Assembly (NCBI GenBank): GCA_963796685.1
Contig: CAWCMR010000009.1
Span: 160,001 to 224,000 of the forward strand
Direction of reading: 5' to 3'
Length of the DNA: 64,000 nucleotides
DNA from: an uncultured delta proteobacterium
GTDB taxonomy: Bacteria; Myxococcota_A; Polyangia; Fen-1088
Shown here: piece after piece, positions 1 through 8,226 of the stretch
How the letters are laid out: each line of letters starts with the position of its first letter
Numbering within the stretch: the stretch's first letter is position 1
The notes under the pieces: generated by a model
The model's input: the letters and a program-made list of their open reading frames with translations, nothing else
What the model was told of the DNA's origin: nothing
Database searches by the model: none
Program-made: the position numbers and the translations under genes

Positions 1-204
1 CTGCCTACCTACGTGACGCTCAAAGAGGTGAAGCGCCGATGGGGTAATGCCCAGGAGGACGTCTATCCCCTCGCTCAATTCGAAGGTGCGAATGGAGGCG
101 CGTTCTACGTTCACGGCTCGCAGTCACGTGATGGCAGGTGCTGCCGATGCTCATTCCACCGGCGAAGTGAAATGATTGTTCCCGACATCAGCGACACGAG
201 CTGA
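1..204 (+). CDS. Possible 3' part of a hypothetical protein entering from the left edge
   Basis: Frame 1 is open from base 1 ([29 protein letters not shown]...). The first ~30 codons look protein-like; family not recognised. Confidence 0.3.
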   Translation: MPTYVTLKEVKRRWGNAQEDVYPLAQFEGANGGAFYVHGSQSRDGRCCRCSFHRRSEMIVPDISDTS

Positions 205-770
205 GCAGCACGCCCACCGAGTCCTTGCTCGTGATAACAAGATCCAGCCTGCCATCGCCGTTCAAATCGCCGAGCGCTACCCCAACCGCATAGCCCCCGG
301 CCAGATATTCCATCTCCGCCGCAAAGGTCCCGTCGTTGTGCCCAAGCCGGACGCTTACCGTGTCCGCATTTGCCGTGACGATGTCCACCCAACCGTCGCC
401 GTTCAAGTCACCCAAGGTCAACGAGCCATCCATTTCGTACCACGCGTTGTCCGCAAAGGTGCCGTCGCCGTTCCCGAGCAGCACGCTTTTCGTGGTGTCA
501 CCGATGATGACGTCCAGCTTGCCATCACCGTTCAAATCACCGAGCACCACCGCACCGGGAAAACCGCCGACTGGGTAGTCCACACTGTCGGCGAAAGTCC
601 CGTCCCCCCTCCATCACCCTTTTCCAAACAACGCGCCCACCGAGCTGCCGCTCTCGACGAGGAGGTCCAGCTTGCCGTCGCCGTTCAAGTCGCCCAGCAC
701 CAGGGAGGCTATCCCGCCTGGATAGTCGACCCTGTCGGCGAAGGTCCCGTCTCCCTTTCCAAGTAGCTCA
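188..770 (-). pseudogene. FG-GAP/VCBS repeat protein remnant (5'-truncated, in-frame TGA)
   Basis: Repeated GDLNGDGxLD and LGxGDGTF motifs in ORFs 614-832 and 188-583, which share a frame and are separated by TGA at 614-616 (LFGKG*WRGDGTFADSVDYP). No signal peptide or proper start. Confidence 0.8.
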
Positions 771-1316
771 GGTGGTGGTGGCCCGCAGCTCGGCCAGGTC
801 GAAAAGAGCGCCGGGAGAGTCGCAAGCAACATCGATCCATGACAGCAGGGTGTTTCTCTTTCCCGTGCCGGGAGCGGGCCACGGCGGTGGCGGCGCGAGG
901 TAGGACCCGTCGGGCTTGCGCATGTGCGAGCGATCCGAGGCCAGACCCGTCAGGTAGTCGGCCGCGGCAATGACCCGGAAGATGGGCCGGTGTCGCAAGT
1001 GGCGCGTGGGCGGAAAGGTCTCGTCTAGATAGCGGGCAAGCGGACAGGGAAAGGGAAGCTCCGAGTCCAGGTCGAGGGCCAGGCGCGTCCCGTCCGGATC
1101 CCCGACCATGGCGAAGACGTGGTAGTCCCAGCACACGAGCCCGTCCCCGGAGCGACCGGCCCTTTGGCGAAGCGCCACGATGTGGCCGGCCGGACTGGAG
1201 ACGATGACAGCCCACGCCTGGCGGCCTGCGAGCTCGCCGCGCACGAGCAGGCGCCAAACGTTCTCCTCGCAATAGCGAGCCTGGTAGTCGAGAGACAGCC
1301 GATCGATGCCGAGCAC
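768..1316 (-). CDS. Protein N-terminal glutamine amidohydrolase (NTAQ1/WDYHV1-like, Nt_Gln_amidase family)
   Basis: YCEENVW, WDYHV, DLDSELPFPC, FRVI, ASDRSHM and PPPPWP occur in the same order as in eukaryotic NTAQ1; Cys-His-Asp triad present. Start placed at GTG 1316 (ORF track extends to TTG 1346). Confidence 0.92.
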   Translation of the reverse strand: MLGIDRLSLDYQARYCEENVWRLLVRGELAGRQAWAVIVSSPAGHIVALRQRAGRSGDGLVCWDYHVFAMVGDPDGTRLALDLDSELPFPCPLARYLDETFPPTRHLRHRPIFRVIAAADYLTGLASDRSHMRKPDGSYLAPPPPWPAPGTGKRNTLLSWIDVACDSPGALFDLAELRATTT

Positions 1317-1328
1317 GAGGCAATCATA
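1317..1328 (-). promoter_or_regulatory. Putative sigma70 -10 box for a leaderless transcript
   Basis: TATGAT lies 6 nt before GTG 1316; no Shine-Dalgarno sequence. Confidence 0.45.
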
Positions 1329-1479
1329 CTGGATTATCCACACCAACCTGAACCCGACCGCCGATCCCGACGGCCTCGTCTACTGCATCATCGACTGCAC
1401 GATACCTCGGTGTTGCATCTACTGACCGCCGAGAGCACCTCGGGCTCGTTGCGGAGCGGCCAGCCCCTGCCGCCGCGGC

Positions 1480-2778
1480 TCAGAACTGGGTGATGAACTT
1501 CCAGGCTTCCGGGGCGTCCCAGCTCGTCGTCTGACCGGGATCCACCGGTTGCCATCCGTGCGGGCCGTTGAAAACGCAGTATTCGGTCGGGTGGCCCGCG
1601 GAGCATCCTTTGTAGATCGTGCAAGTGTGCGGCTGGCCGGCGGCTGGGTAGGTGGTGGACGCCGGCTCGGGTGTGCATCCGTTGACGGCGGCAAACTGGG
1701 CTTGCTTCATTTCCCCGGTCATGGGGTCGGTGGGTGACATGCCGTTGGCGTCCTGGCTCGCTTGCGACGCATAGTACGCAATCGGCTTGGTCAGAGTCGT
1801 GGGGCAGGAATTGGTGAGATCCGCTCCCGAGAAAAACGCGGCGGCGCGGAACACGTCCGCCCGCGTGCACGCGAGGGCCATGGCCATGGCCCCGCCAAAG
1901 CTGAAGCCCGTCGCGAAGATTCGGGTCGTGTCGATGCAGAGATCGCCTTCGATCTTGGCGAGGATCGTATCGGTGAACGCCACGTCCGTGTTGCTCCAGG
2001 AGCCGGCCCCGTTCGCGGCGTCGGGCGCGACGAAAATGGTGTTCTTGCTGTCGTAGGTTGCCATCGTGAAGTAATTCCTGGTTGCAACAGACTGGGCGGA
2101 TGATCCGGACTCGGCGAAGGCGAAGACCAGGCGATAGGGGTGGCTGTTGTCGTAGCTGCCGGGCACGAGCAGAATGTAGTTTCGCGCGGCGCCACTGTAC
2201 GTGATGTTGATGGTCCCGTTCTGAAGCGTCCGCGTCTTTCCACACCCCGCGCTTTGTGCCACACCGGCGTCAACGTCAGAGCTGCCAGAGCTGCCGCCCG
2301 ACCCACGTCCGGTCGCGCCGCCCGTACCAGAGCTGCTCGCGCCGCCCGTGCCAGAGTTGCTCGCGCCGCCCAATCCTCCATTGCCGCCGGAGGCTGTGGG
2401 CACCGTGCCCCCGGTGCCGGTCGCAGCGCCCCCAACGCCAGCGCCTCCCGAGCCCGATCGACCACCCGCACCCGCGCCACCGCTTCCCGGGCTGGTGCGC
2501 CCGCCGGTGCCATTCACTCCACCTGTTCCCGGTTGCGTGGTTCCACCGCTTCCCGTCGTTTCTCCCTGGCTGCCCCCCTGGCTGGGCGCGCCCCCGGTGC
2601 CATCCGCTCCACCCGTTCCCGATTGTCCACCGCTCCCAGTTGTTCCGCCTCGGCCGGGCACGCCGCCCGAGCCATGACTACCGCCACTTCCTGAAGGATG
2701 CGAGCTGCTCGATGAACAAGAAGTCCCAAGAATTGCGAGCACGGTCAGCATCGAATGGGCAAAACGCATAGGTGTCAT
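1480..2778 (-). CDS. Lipoprotein with Gly-rich tether and alpha/beta-hydrolase esterase domain (feruloyl esterase / PHB-depolymerase-like, CE1-like)
   Basis: AAGGAGG RBS before ATG 2778; lipobox-like LGTSC; long G/S/T linker; SAGCGK, nucleophile motif GFSFGG, C-terminal FNGPH. Confidence 0.85.
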   Translation of the reverse strand: MTPMRFAHSMLTVLAILGTSCSSSSSHPSGSGGSHGSGGVPGRGGTTGSGGQSGTGGADGTGGAPSQGGSQGETTGSGGTTQPGTGGVNGTGGRTSPGSGGAGAGGRSGSGGAGVGGAATGTGGTVPTASGGNGGLGGASNSGTGGASSSGTGGATGRGSGGSSGSSDVDAGVAQSAGCGKTRTLQNGTINITYSGAARNYILLVPGSYDNSHPYRLVFAFAESGSSAQSVATRNYFTMATYDSKNTIFVAPDAANGAGSWSNTDVAFTDTILAKIEGDLCIDTTRIFATGFSFGGAMAMALACTRADVFRAAAFFSGADLTNSCPTTLTKPIAYYASQASQDANGMSPTDPMTGEMKQAQFAAVNGCTPEPASTTYPAAGQPHTCTIYKGCSAGHPTEYCVFNGPHGWQPVDPGQTTSWDAPEAWKFITQF

Positions 2779-2829
2779 GAATGCCTCCTTGGCAAGAGCC
2801 AATGTGAAACGTCCGCGCAGCCGGTCGCA

Positions 2830-5391
2830 TTAGGGACTCGTCTTCAGACTGGCATAGGCCGGCTCTAGGCCCGCGGCGCTGACGATCGCCTGGGCGTCCA
2901 CGGGGAACGTGTCTCCACTGATGGCGATGTTGCCAGAAACCGTGTTGCCCGAGCCGCCAAGGCCGGGGCTGGCCGAGCTGCCCCAGTTGTTGGTGAACGT
3001 GATATGGCCGGTGTTATTGGTGGAATTCGCGTTCGCGGTAACGTAGGAACCAAAGTTCGCGTACACGTTCTTCGTTTCCGTGATGTAGGCAGAGCCTTCG
3101 TCATTGTACTCGCCCCAGAAGGTACCGGAAAGTCCGGAGCCCTTGCCCTCGCAGTAGTTCTGCGTAACGAGCGCCCCGGGTTGGAACCCCAGGTTGTAGT
3201 GGCACCCGCCGTCGTTCATCTGGAGCATACCCAGGTGGACGTAGTTGGCGCTGATCGTGTTGTTCTTGGCGACGGTCGGGTTCTGGTACAGGGGCTGGTA
3301 TTTGTAGAGATCGCCTGTCGCGCGCGTCTTGTAGTCGTTGTTGCCGCCCGCGTCGTTCGTGCCCCACCCGAGACCGCTCGCGATTCCTGAATACGGCAGG
3401 TTGTAGAGCTCGTTGTGCGACACGACCACGTTCGTCGTATAGGTGAACATGAGGCCGGCAAAGTCCCGGTAATCGATCCCGACGTCGTGGATGAGGTTGT
3501 CCTGGAGTGTCATGTTCTGGTTGACCAGCCGCGCCCCCGGATCGTTCGACGTGCATACCTTGTCGCCACACGGGTGGTGCGCCCACGCCTCTATCCCCCC
3601 GATTACGATCCCGCCGCCGGCGATCTGCGAGAATACGCAGCCGGTAACGTGGATGCCATTCGCCCCGAGCCCGACGCCCGTTGCGTTGGCGTTGGCATCG
3701 TTGCCGATCCCGAGCCCTACACTACCGAGCGCGACGAACCTGTCGCCCACGAACGAGATGTTGTACGCGTTCGACACTTGGACCGCGGCCGGCATTTGGT
3801 GCCAATGCGGCCGGGCGGCCTCGAACACGGGGGATTGGCCGCCGCCCGGGTAGTTGGACGTGGCCCCGACGAGGTACCCGCCCGTCTGCTGGTCGGCGAA
3901 TCCGTCGGCGGTATTGGGATGCAGCCAGCTCGTGCACGAGAACGTCAGGCCGCTGAAGGTGAGGTCGTGCGCCGGCTGTGCATAGGGGTCGCCCCCGGCC
4001 GGAGCCGCATATGGCACGGCCACCGTTGGGTCGCTGCCGGTTGGCTGGACGCAGTCCGCCCCGCCGGGCGGCGTGCCAGCGGGGCAATCGCCTCCCACCG
4101 CGAGGAGCAGTTGCAACTGCGGCAGCTCGACGTCGGCCGTGCTCATGTCCTGGCCGGAGAGCGGGATGTAGTAGAGCGCGCCGGCAGTCGTGTCCTGGTA
4201 CCATTCCCCGGGCTGGTCGAGGAGCGTGTAATCGTTCTCGACGTAGATGGGGCCCTGCCGATACGGGCTCTGAACCGTGTCATACCCCCAGGTGTTTTCG
4301 TTCCAGGCGGGCTGCTGCATGGTCACCGTACCGTTCGAGACGCTCTGGATCGGCGAGTACCGATTCGTCCACGAGCCGATGATGTTCAACTCGGCACGTT
4401 GCGGCTGGGCCAGATTGTTCAAATAGCTCAGGCTGTTGTTCGAAAACGTCCAGCCAGTGGTGCTCGCGCCATTGTTCGTCGACGGAAGCCCGTTCATGTC
4501 GGAGCGGCTGAGCGAAGACGAACGCGCGCGGGTGGCGAGCTTGCCGTCGACGTAGAGCTGCCGGGTGACAAAACTGCTCGGCGCCGTGGCCTTGTAGATC
4601 TTCTTGCCCGAATCGCTGACCGTCCATCCCGTGATCTTCTGCGCGCCCGAGAGCACCGGGTGAGCACCGGCCGCGGCCTGCCAGGTGACCGTGAAGCCAT
4701 TGGCTCCCGCGTCGGCCGCGGGGCCTGCCACCCCAGCCGCGGCGGGCGGCGAGTCGGCCGCGGTGAAGACCAACGGCGCCGTCAGGGTGTAGACCCCATC
4801 GGCGAGCTCGACGATGATGTCGCTTTGCAGGGTCTTGACGGCAGCCTGCACCACCGTCTGCGCTTGCGTGATCGAGCAGGGAGCGGAGCTGGTGCAATCG
4901 GTCCCGGTTCCGCTCGGTGAGACATAGTAGTGACCGCTCCCAGAGCCCGCGTCGGCGGGCCTGGCGCCAGCATCGGGTGCGCCGCCGCTGCCTGTGGCGC
5001 CACCAACTGCAGAAGCGCCGCCGCTGCCTGTGGCGCCACCAACTGCAGAAGCGCCGCCGCTGCCCGTAGCACCGCCGCTGCCCACGGCACCGCCGCTGCC
5101 CACGGCACCGCCACCGGTCGTGGCGCCGCCCGAGCCCCCAGCACCGCCGCTGCGCGTGGCGCCGCCCGAGCCCGCAGGTCCGCCGCCGCCCGTGCCGCCG
5201 CCCGACGACGCCACGCCCCCACTTCCGGCGCCGCCCGAGCCAGAATCTCCACCGCTGCTCACGCGACCACCGCGTCCACCCCCCGCACTGATGGCACCCC
5301 CGGCGGCCGATCCTCCGCCGGAGCTGCCGCCTCCGCAGCCCCAAAGAGCGAGAACAACTACCGACCCTGTGACAACTGCTGTTGATCGCAT
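2830..5391 (-). CDS. Lipoprotein with Gly-rich tether and right-handed beta-helix glycoside hydrolase (GH141-like)
   Basis: LWGC lipobox; YYVSPSG, ELADGVY.L..PL.F...DS, RQLYVDG..A.RAR, LLDQPGEWY, HNELYNLPYSGI..G.GW, DGG..Y, DEGS. Confidence 0.85.
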   Translation of the reverse strand: MRSTAVVTGSVVVLALWGCGGGSSGGGSAAGGAISAGGGRGGRVSSGGDSGSGGAGSGGVASSGGGTGGGGPAGSGGATRSGGAGGSGGATTGGGAVGSGGAVGSGGATGSGGASAVGGATGSGGASAVGGATGSGGAPDAGARPADAGSGSGHYYVSPSGTGTDCTSSAPCSITQAQTVVQAAVKTLQSDIIVELADGVYTLTAPLVFTAADSPPAAAGVAGPAADAGANGFTVTWQAAAGAHPVLSGAQKITGWTVSDSGKKIYKATAPSSFVTRQLYVDGKLATRARSSSLSRSDMNGLPSTNNGASTTGWTFSNNSLSYLNNLAQPQRAELNIIGSWTNRYSPIQSVSNGTVTMQQPAWNENTWGYDTVQSPYRQGPIYVENDYTLLDQPGEWYQDTTAGALYYIPLSGQDMSTADVELPQLQLLLAVGGDCPAGTPPGGADCVQPTGSDPTVAVPYAAPAGGDPYAQPAHDLTFSGLTFSCTSWLHPNTADGFADQQTGGYLVGATSNYPGGGQSPVFEAARPHWHQMPAAVQVSNAYNISFVGDRFVALGSVGLGIGNDANANATGVGLGANGIHVTGCVFSQIAGGGIVIGGIEAWAHHPCGDKVCTSNDPGARLVNQNMTLQDNLIHDVGIDYRDFAGLMFTYTTNVVVSHNELYNLPYSGIASGLGWGTNDAGGNNDYKTRATGDLYKYQPLYQNPTVAKNNTISANYVHLGMLQMNDGGCHYNLGFQPGALVTQNYCEGKGSGLSGTFWGEYNDEGSAYITETKNVYANFGSYVTANANSTNNTGHITFTNNWGSSASPGLGGSGNTVSGNIAISGDTFPVDAQAIVSAAGLEPAYASLKTSP
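4979..5104. repeat. Tandem repeats inside the Gly-rich linker (36-bp unit x2+, 18-bp unit x2)
   Basis: gcgccgccgctgcctgtggcgccaccaactgcagaa at 4979 and 5015; gcaccgccgctgcccacg twice from about 5069. Confidence 0.85.
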
Positions 5392-5578
5392 TCGTTTTGT
5401 GTCGAGCAGTGGCCTCAAGGCCTGAGTTCCATCATGTCGGCCTAGGGTTCTGCGCCCCGCTGGAACGCATGGAGAAACCAAGGGACGTATGCACGGGACA
5501 GGCAGGAGAATGCCAGGGTGCGTTGTGCGCACGGATGAACTATAATTGGACCGCGGCCGTGAAGGCGAAGGAGACACT

Positions 5579-5887
5579 GTGATGATGAGGTCCCTCGCGC
5601 TCGTCGGGTTGGCAGCAACCATGTTCTACTCGGGCTGTGCCCATGAAGGCCGGTGTGTTTGGGTCGACGGATCGGTGCGCACGGTGGCCGTCGATGCTCG
5701 GGCAGTTCGGGCGCGGCGGAACGTTCGGAAGAGCTACGCCGGAACCTGCAACAGATCACGCGTCCCTAGCCTCGGGTGCCGAGCAGCGACCTCCGCGGGC
5801 TGGTCCAGGACACGGCGGCCACGACGTTTTGCGTCCGCTGCGGCTTCCTGCTTGACTCGTAACCCTGACACTCTGGCGCCGTCCTGA
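5579..5887 (+). CDS. Putative small lipoprotein or gene remnant
   Basis: TATAAT at 5541-5546, AAGGAG at 5568-5573, then MMRSLALVGLAATMFYSGC (signal peptide plus lipobox). The downstream part looks degenerate. Confidence 0.4.
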   Translation: MMMRSLALVGLAATMFYSGCAHEGRCVWVDGSVRTVAVDARAVRARRNVRKSYAGTCNRSRVPSLGCRAATSAGWSRTRRPRRFASAAASCLTRNPDTLAPS

Positions 5888-5893
5888 TATTCT
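5865..5893 (+). promoter_or_regulatory. Putative sigma70 promoter for a leaderless kinase mRNA
   Basis: CTGACA-N17-TATTCT with extended -10 TG; -10 box ends 6 nt before GTG 5900. Confidence 0.45.
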
Positions 5894-5899
5894 GCTCCT

Positions 5900-8176
5900 G
5901 TGGCGTGCTTGTATTGCGGCGGAGCGCACCCGTCGGAAAACGGAAGCTGTCCGGCCCTGGGTCCGTGGGCCGGGCTGCAACCGTTGCCCTCGCTGGCGCC
6001 GGGGCAGATCCTGGAGGGCAAGTACAGGATCGTTCGCGAGCTAGGCCGCGGCGGCATGGGCGTGGTTCACGAGGCGCTGCACGTGACCTTGGGCCGCCGG
6101 ATTGCCGTGAAGACCCTGCTGGCCGGAGCGGGCCAGGACCCTGACCTGGCGGCGCGGTTCGAACGCGAAGCGCGTGCCGCCAGTGCCATCGGGCATCCCC
6201 ATATCGTCGACGTCTTCGATCTCGGCCGCACGCCCGAGGGCCTGCTCTTCATGGCCATGGAGCTCCTGGATGGCAGACCGCTCGCGGCTCTGCTCGAGGA
6301 GACGCCATCCCTTCCGATTCCGCTCGCGCTGGATCTGGCTGGCCAGATGCTGTCCGGGCTGGCTGCTGCGCACCGGAACGGCATCGTTCACCGCGATCTC
6401 AAACCCGAGAACATCTTCATCCTCAATACGCAAGACCGGCCGAGCTTCGTCAAGATCGTGGACTTTGGCATTTCGAAGATCCTCGTCCATGCGGCGCACG
6501 GGCAGCGCGCGGCAAGGCAAGGCCCCGGAACCGCGGTGGGAACGATCCTCGGGACTCCGCTTTACATGTCCCCCGAACAAATCCTCGGCCAGGTGGCCCG
6601 CATCGACCATCGCACGGACATCTACTCGGCCGGCGTAGTGCTGTACGAGATGCTGTGCGGCCGCACGCCCTTCGAAGGCGAGAGCCACGCCAAGATCTTC
6701 GCCAGCATTCTCGACGGCTGGTATCCCCTGCCGCACGATCTGCGCCGCGATATTCCGGCGAACGTCGATGCCGCCATCGTGCGCGCGCTCGATCGCGACA
6801 TGGACAAGCGCTTTGCCAGCGCCGCCGACATGCGCGAAGCCGTGACGGGCCGGAGCGCGGATGTGACGCCATCTCCACAATTGCTTTCCGGTCCGTTTGC
6901 AACACAACCTGCCACCCTTCGTCAGCCGAGCAGCGTGCAACGCGGGGATCCCTTCGCGCCTCTTCCCGACCAGGCCTCCATTCCTCTTCTGCCGCGCGAT
7001 CTCGAACACCCGCTGGCCGATGCCGTTCCCCAGGCCAGTCCGCCCCTCGAGCTGGCCCGGCCCGTGCGGGCCAGCGCATCGGCCATGCCCCGCCGCCAGT
7101 TGTCGCAAGCGTCCGCGCGCCCTCCACGAATGGGAGCACGCGTTGGTCTCGCGCTGGGGCTGGTCGCGCTGATCGTCGGCGCGCGCGTCGCCCATACTTA
7201 CCTTCGCTCGTCCGGTGGAAAGAACGCGCCGGTCGCGGCGCAAGCGCAACACAAGGTGACGCTTGCGCTGGATCCCTCGGACGCCACGGTGCAGATCGAC
7301 CACCTGCCGGCCGTGACAGACGACCTCTTTCTCGACGCGAGCAAGTCCCACGTTCTTCAGGCAACGGCGCCCGGACGCATCTCCCGCAGCTTCGCCTTCG
7401 AGGCCAAATCGGGACTGGAGCTCTCGGTTCATCTCGGCCGCGCCCTCGCACTTCCTTTACCTGCCGACCCTGGACCCTCGCCCGGTGAATTGGCGGCGCA
7501 CAGCCCTGCGAATCCGGCGTCGCGAGACGAGCTCAACCACGCCTTCGCGAAGCTGGAACGCTATGACGGATGCCTGATGCTGTTGGGCCACGCGGACAGA
7601 CAAGCACGAAAGGCCGGCAATTCGGCCGGCCCGAGCAACAGCGACATGAGCGGCTGCGTCCAGCTTCTCGACGAGGCGAGCACCTTGGCGCCCGTGATGT
7701 TCCAGCTGCATGCCGCGGGCGTGGCCTATGTACGAGGCGTGCAAAGCGCACAGAGTCCGGCGGCGCTGCACAAGCTGCTCGCGTCGTTTCGTGGGGAATT
7801 TCTCGCCGAGCGCGCTCGCTGGCAGATGGAAGAGCTTTCGCGCCAGGAGAAGGACGAAGGTCGAACGGCGGGGTGGCACATGCGCCAGCTGGCCCTGGCC
7901 GCGCAGGCCTGGTTGCGCCAGGGCAAGGCCGCTTCGCTGTCCACGCGAGGAATCAAGGAGATGCAGGCCAAGCTCGACCAAGCTTACCAAGCCTTGCTGT
8001 CATTTGCCCAGCGTTCCCCCAAGGAGCTGGCACGGGTAGCGGGCGCGGCTGCATTCATGAAGGCCGCCGAGGACGTGGTCGCGCTGGCACAAGGCGAATC
8101 CGATAAGCGGCGAGGAGCTGCGCTTGCAGCCTGCTCGCAGCTCCTCGCGGCGTTCAACGTGCTCGTCGTCGAGTAG
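5900..8176 (+). CDS. Hanks-type Ser/Thr protein kinase with TM segment and C-terminal extracytoplasmic domains
   Basis: LGRGGMGVV, IAVK, HRDLKPEN, DFG, GTPLYMSPEQ, DIYSAG; hydrophobic VGLALGLVALIVGA; N-terminal CxxC..H.....C. Confidence 0.95.
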   Translation: MACLYCGGAHPSENGSCPALGPWAGLQPLPSLAPGQILEGKYRIVRELGRGGMGVVHEALHVTLGRRIAVKTLLAGAGQDPDLAARFEREARAASAIGHPHIVDVFDLGRTPEGLLFMAMELLDGRPLAALLEETPSLPIPLALDLAGQMLSGLAAAHRNGIVHRDLKPENIFILNTQDRPSFVKIVDFGISKILVHAAHGQRAARQGPGTAVGTILGTPLYMSPEQILGQVARIDHRTDIYSAGVVLYEMLCGRTPFEGESHAKIFASILDGWYPLPHDLRRDIPANVDAAIVRALDRDMDKRFASAADMREAVTGRSADVTPSPQLLSGPFATQPATLRQPSSVQRGDPFAPLPDQASIPLLPRDLEHPLADAVPQASPPLELARPVRASASAMPRRQLSQASARPPRMGARVGLALGLVALIVGARVAHTYLRSSGGKNAPVAAQAQHKVTLALDPSDATVQIDHLPAVTDDLFLDASKSHVLQATAPGRISRSFAFEAKSGLELSVHLGRALALPLPADPGPSPGELAAHSPANPASRDELNHAFAKLERYDGCLMLLGHADRQARKAGNSAGPSNSDMSGCVQLLDEASTLAPVMFQLHAAGVAYVRGVQSAQSPAALHKLLASFRGEFLAERARWQMEELSRQEKDEGRTAGWHMRQLALAAQAWLRQGKAASLSTRGIKEMQAKLDQAYQALLSFAQRSPKELARVAGAAAFMKAAEDVVALAQGESDKRRGAALAACSQLLAAFNVLVVE

Positions 8177-8226
8177 CGGTAGATTCAGAAGCCAGGAAGG
8201 ACGTCGGCGGACTGGTGGCAATTCGG

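Noticed and set aside
614-616. In-frame TGA as selenocysteine or readthrough
   Set aside because: It falls in an apparent insertion within a GxGDGTF repeat where no Cys is expected, no SECIS-like hairpin was recognised, and the gene is 5'-truncated.
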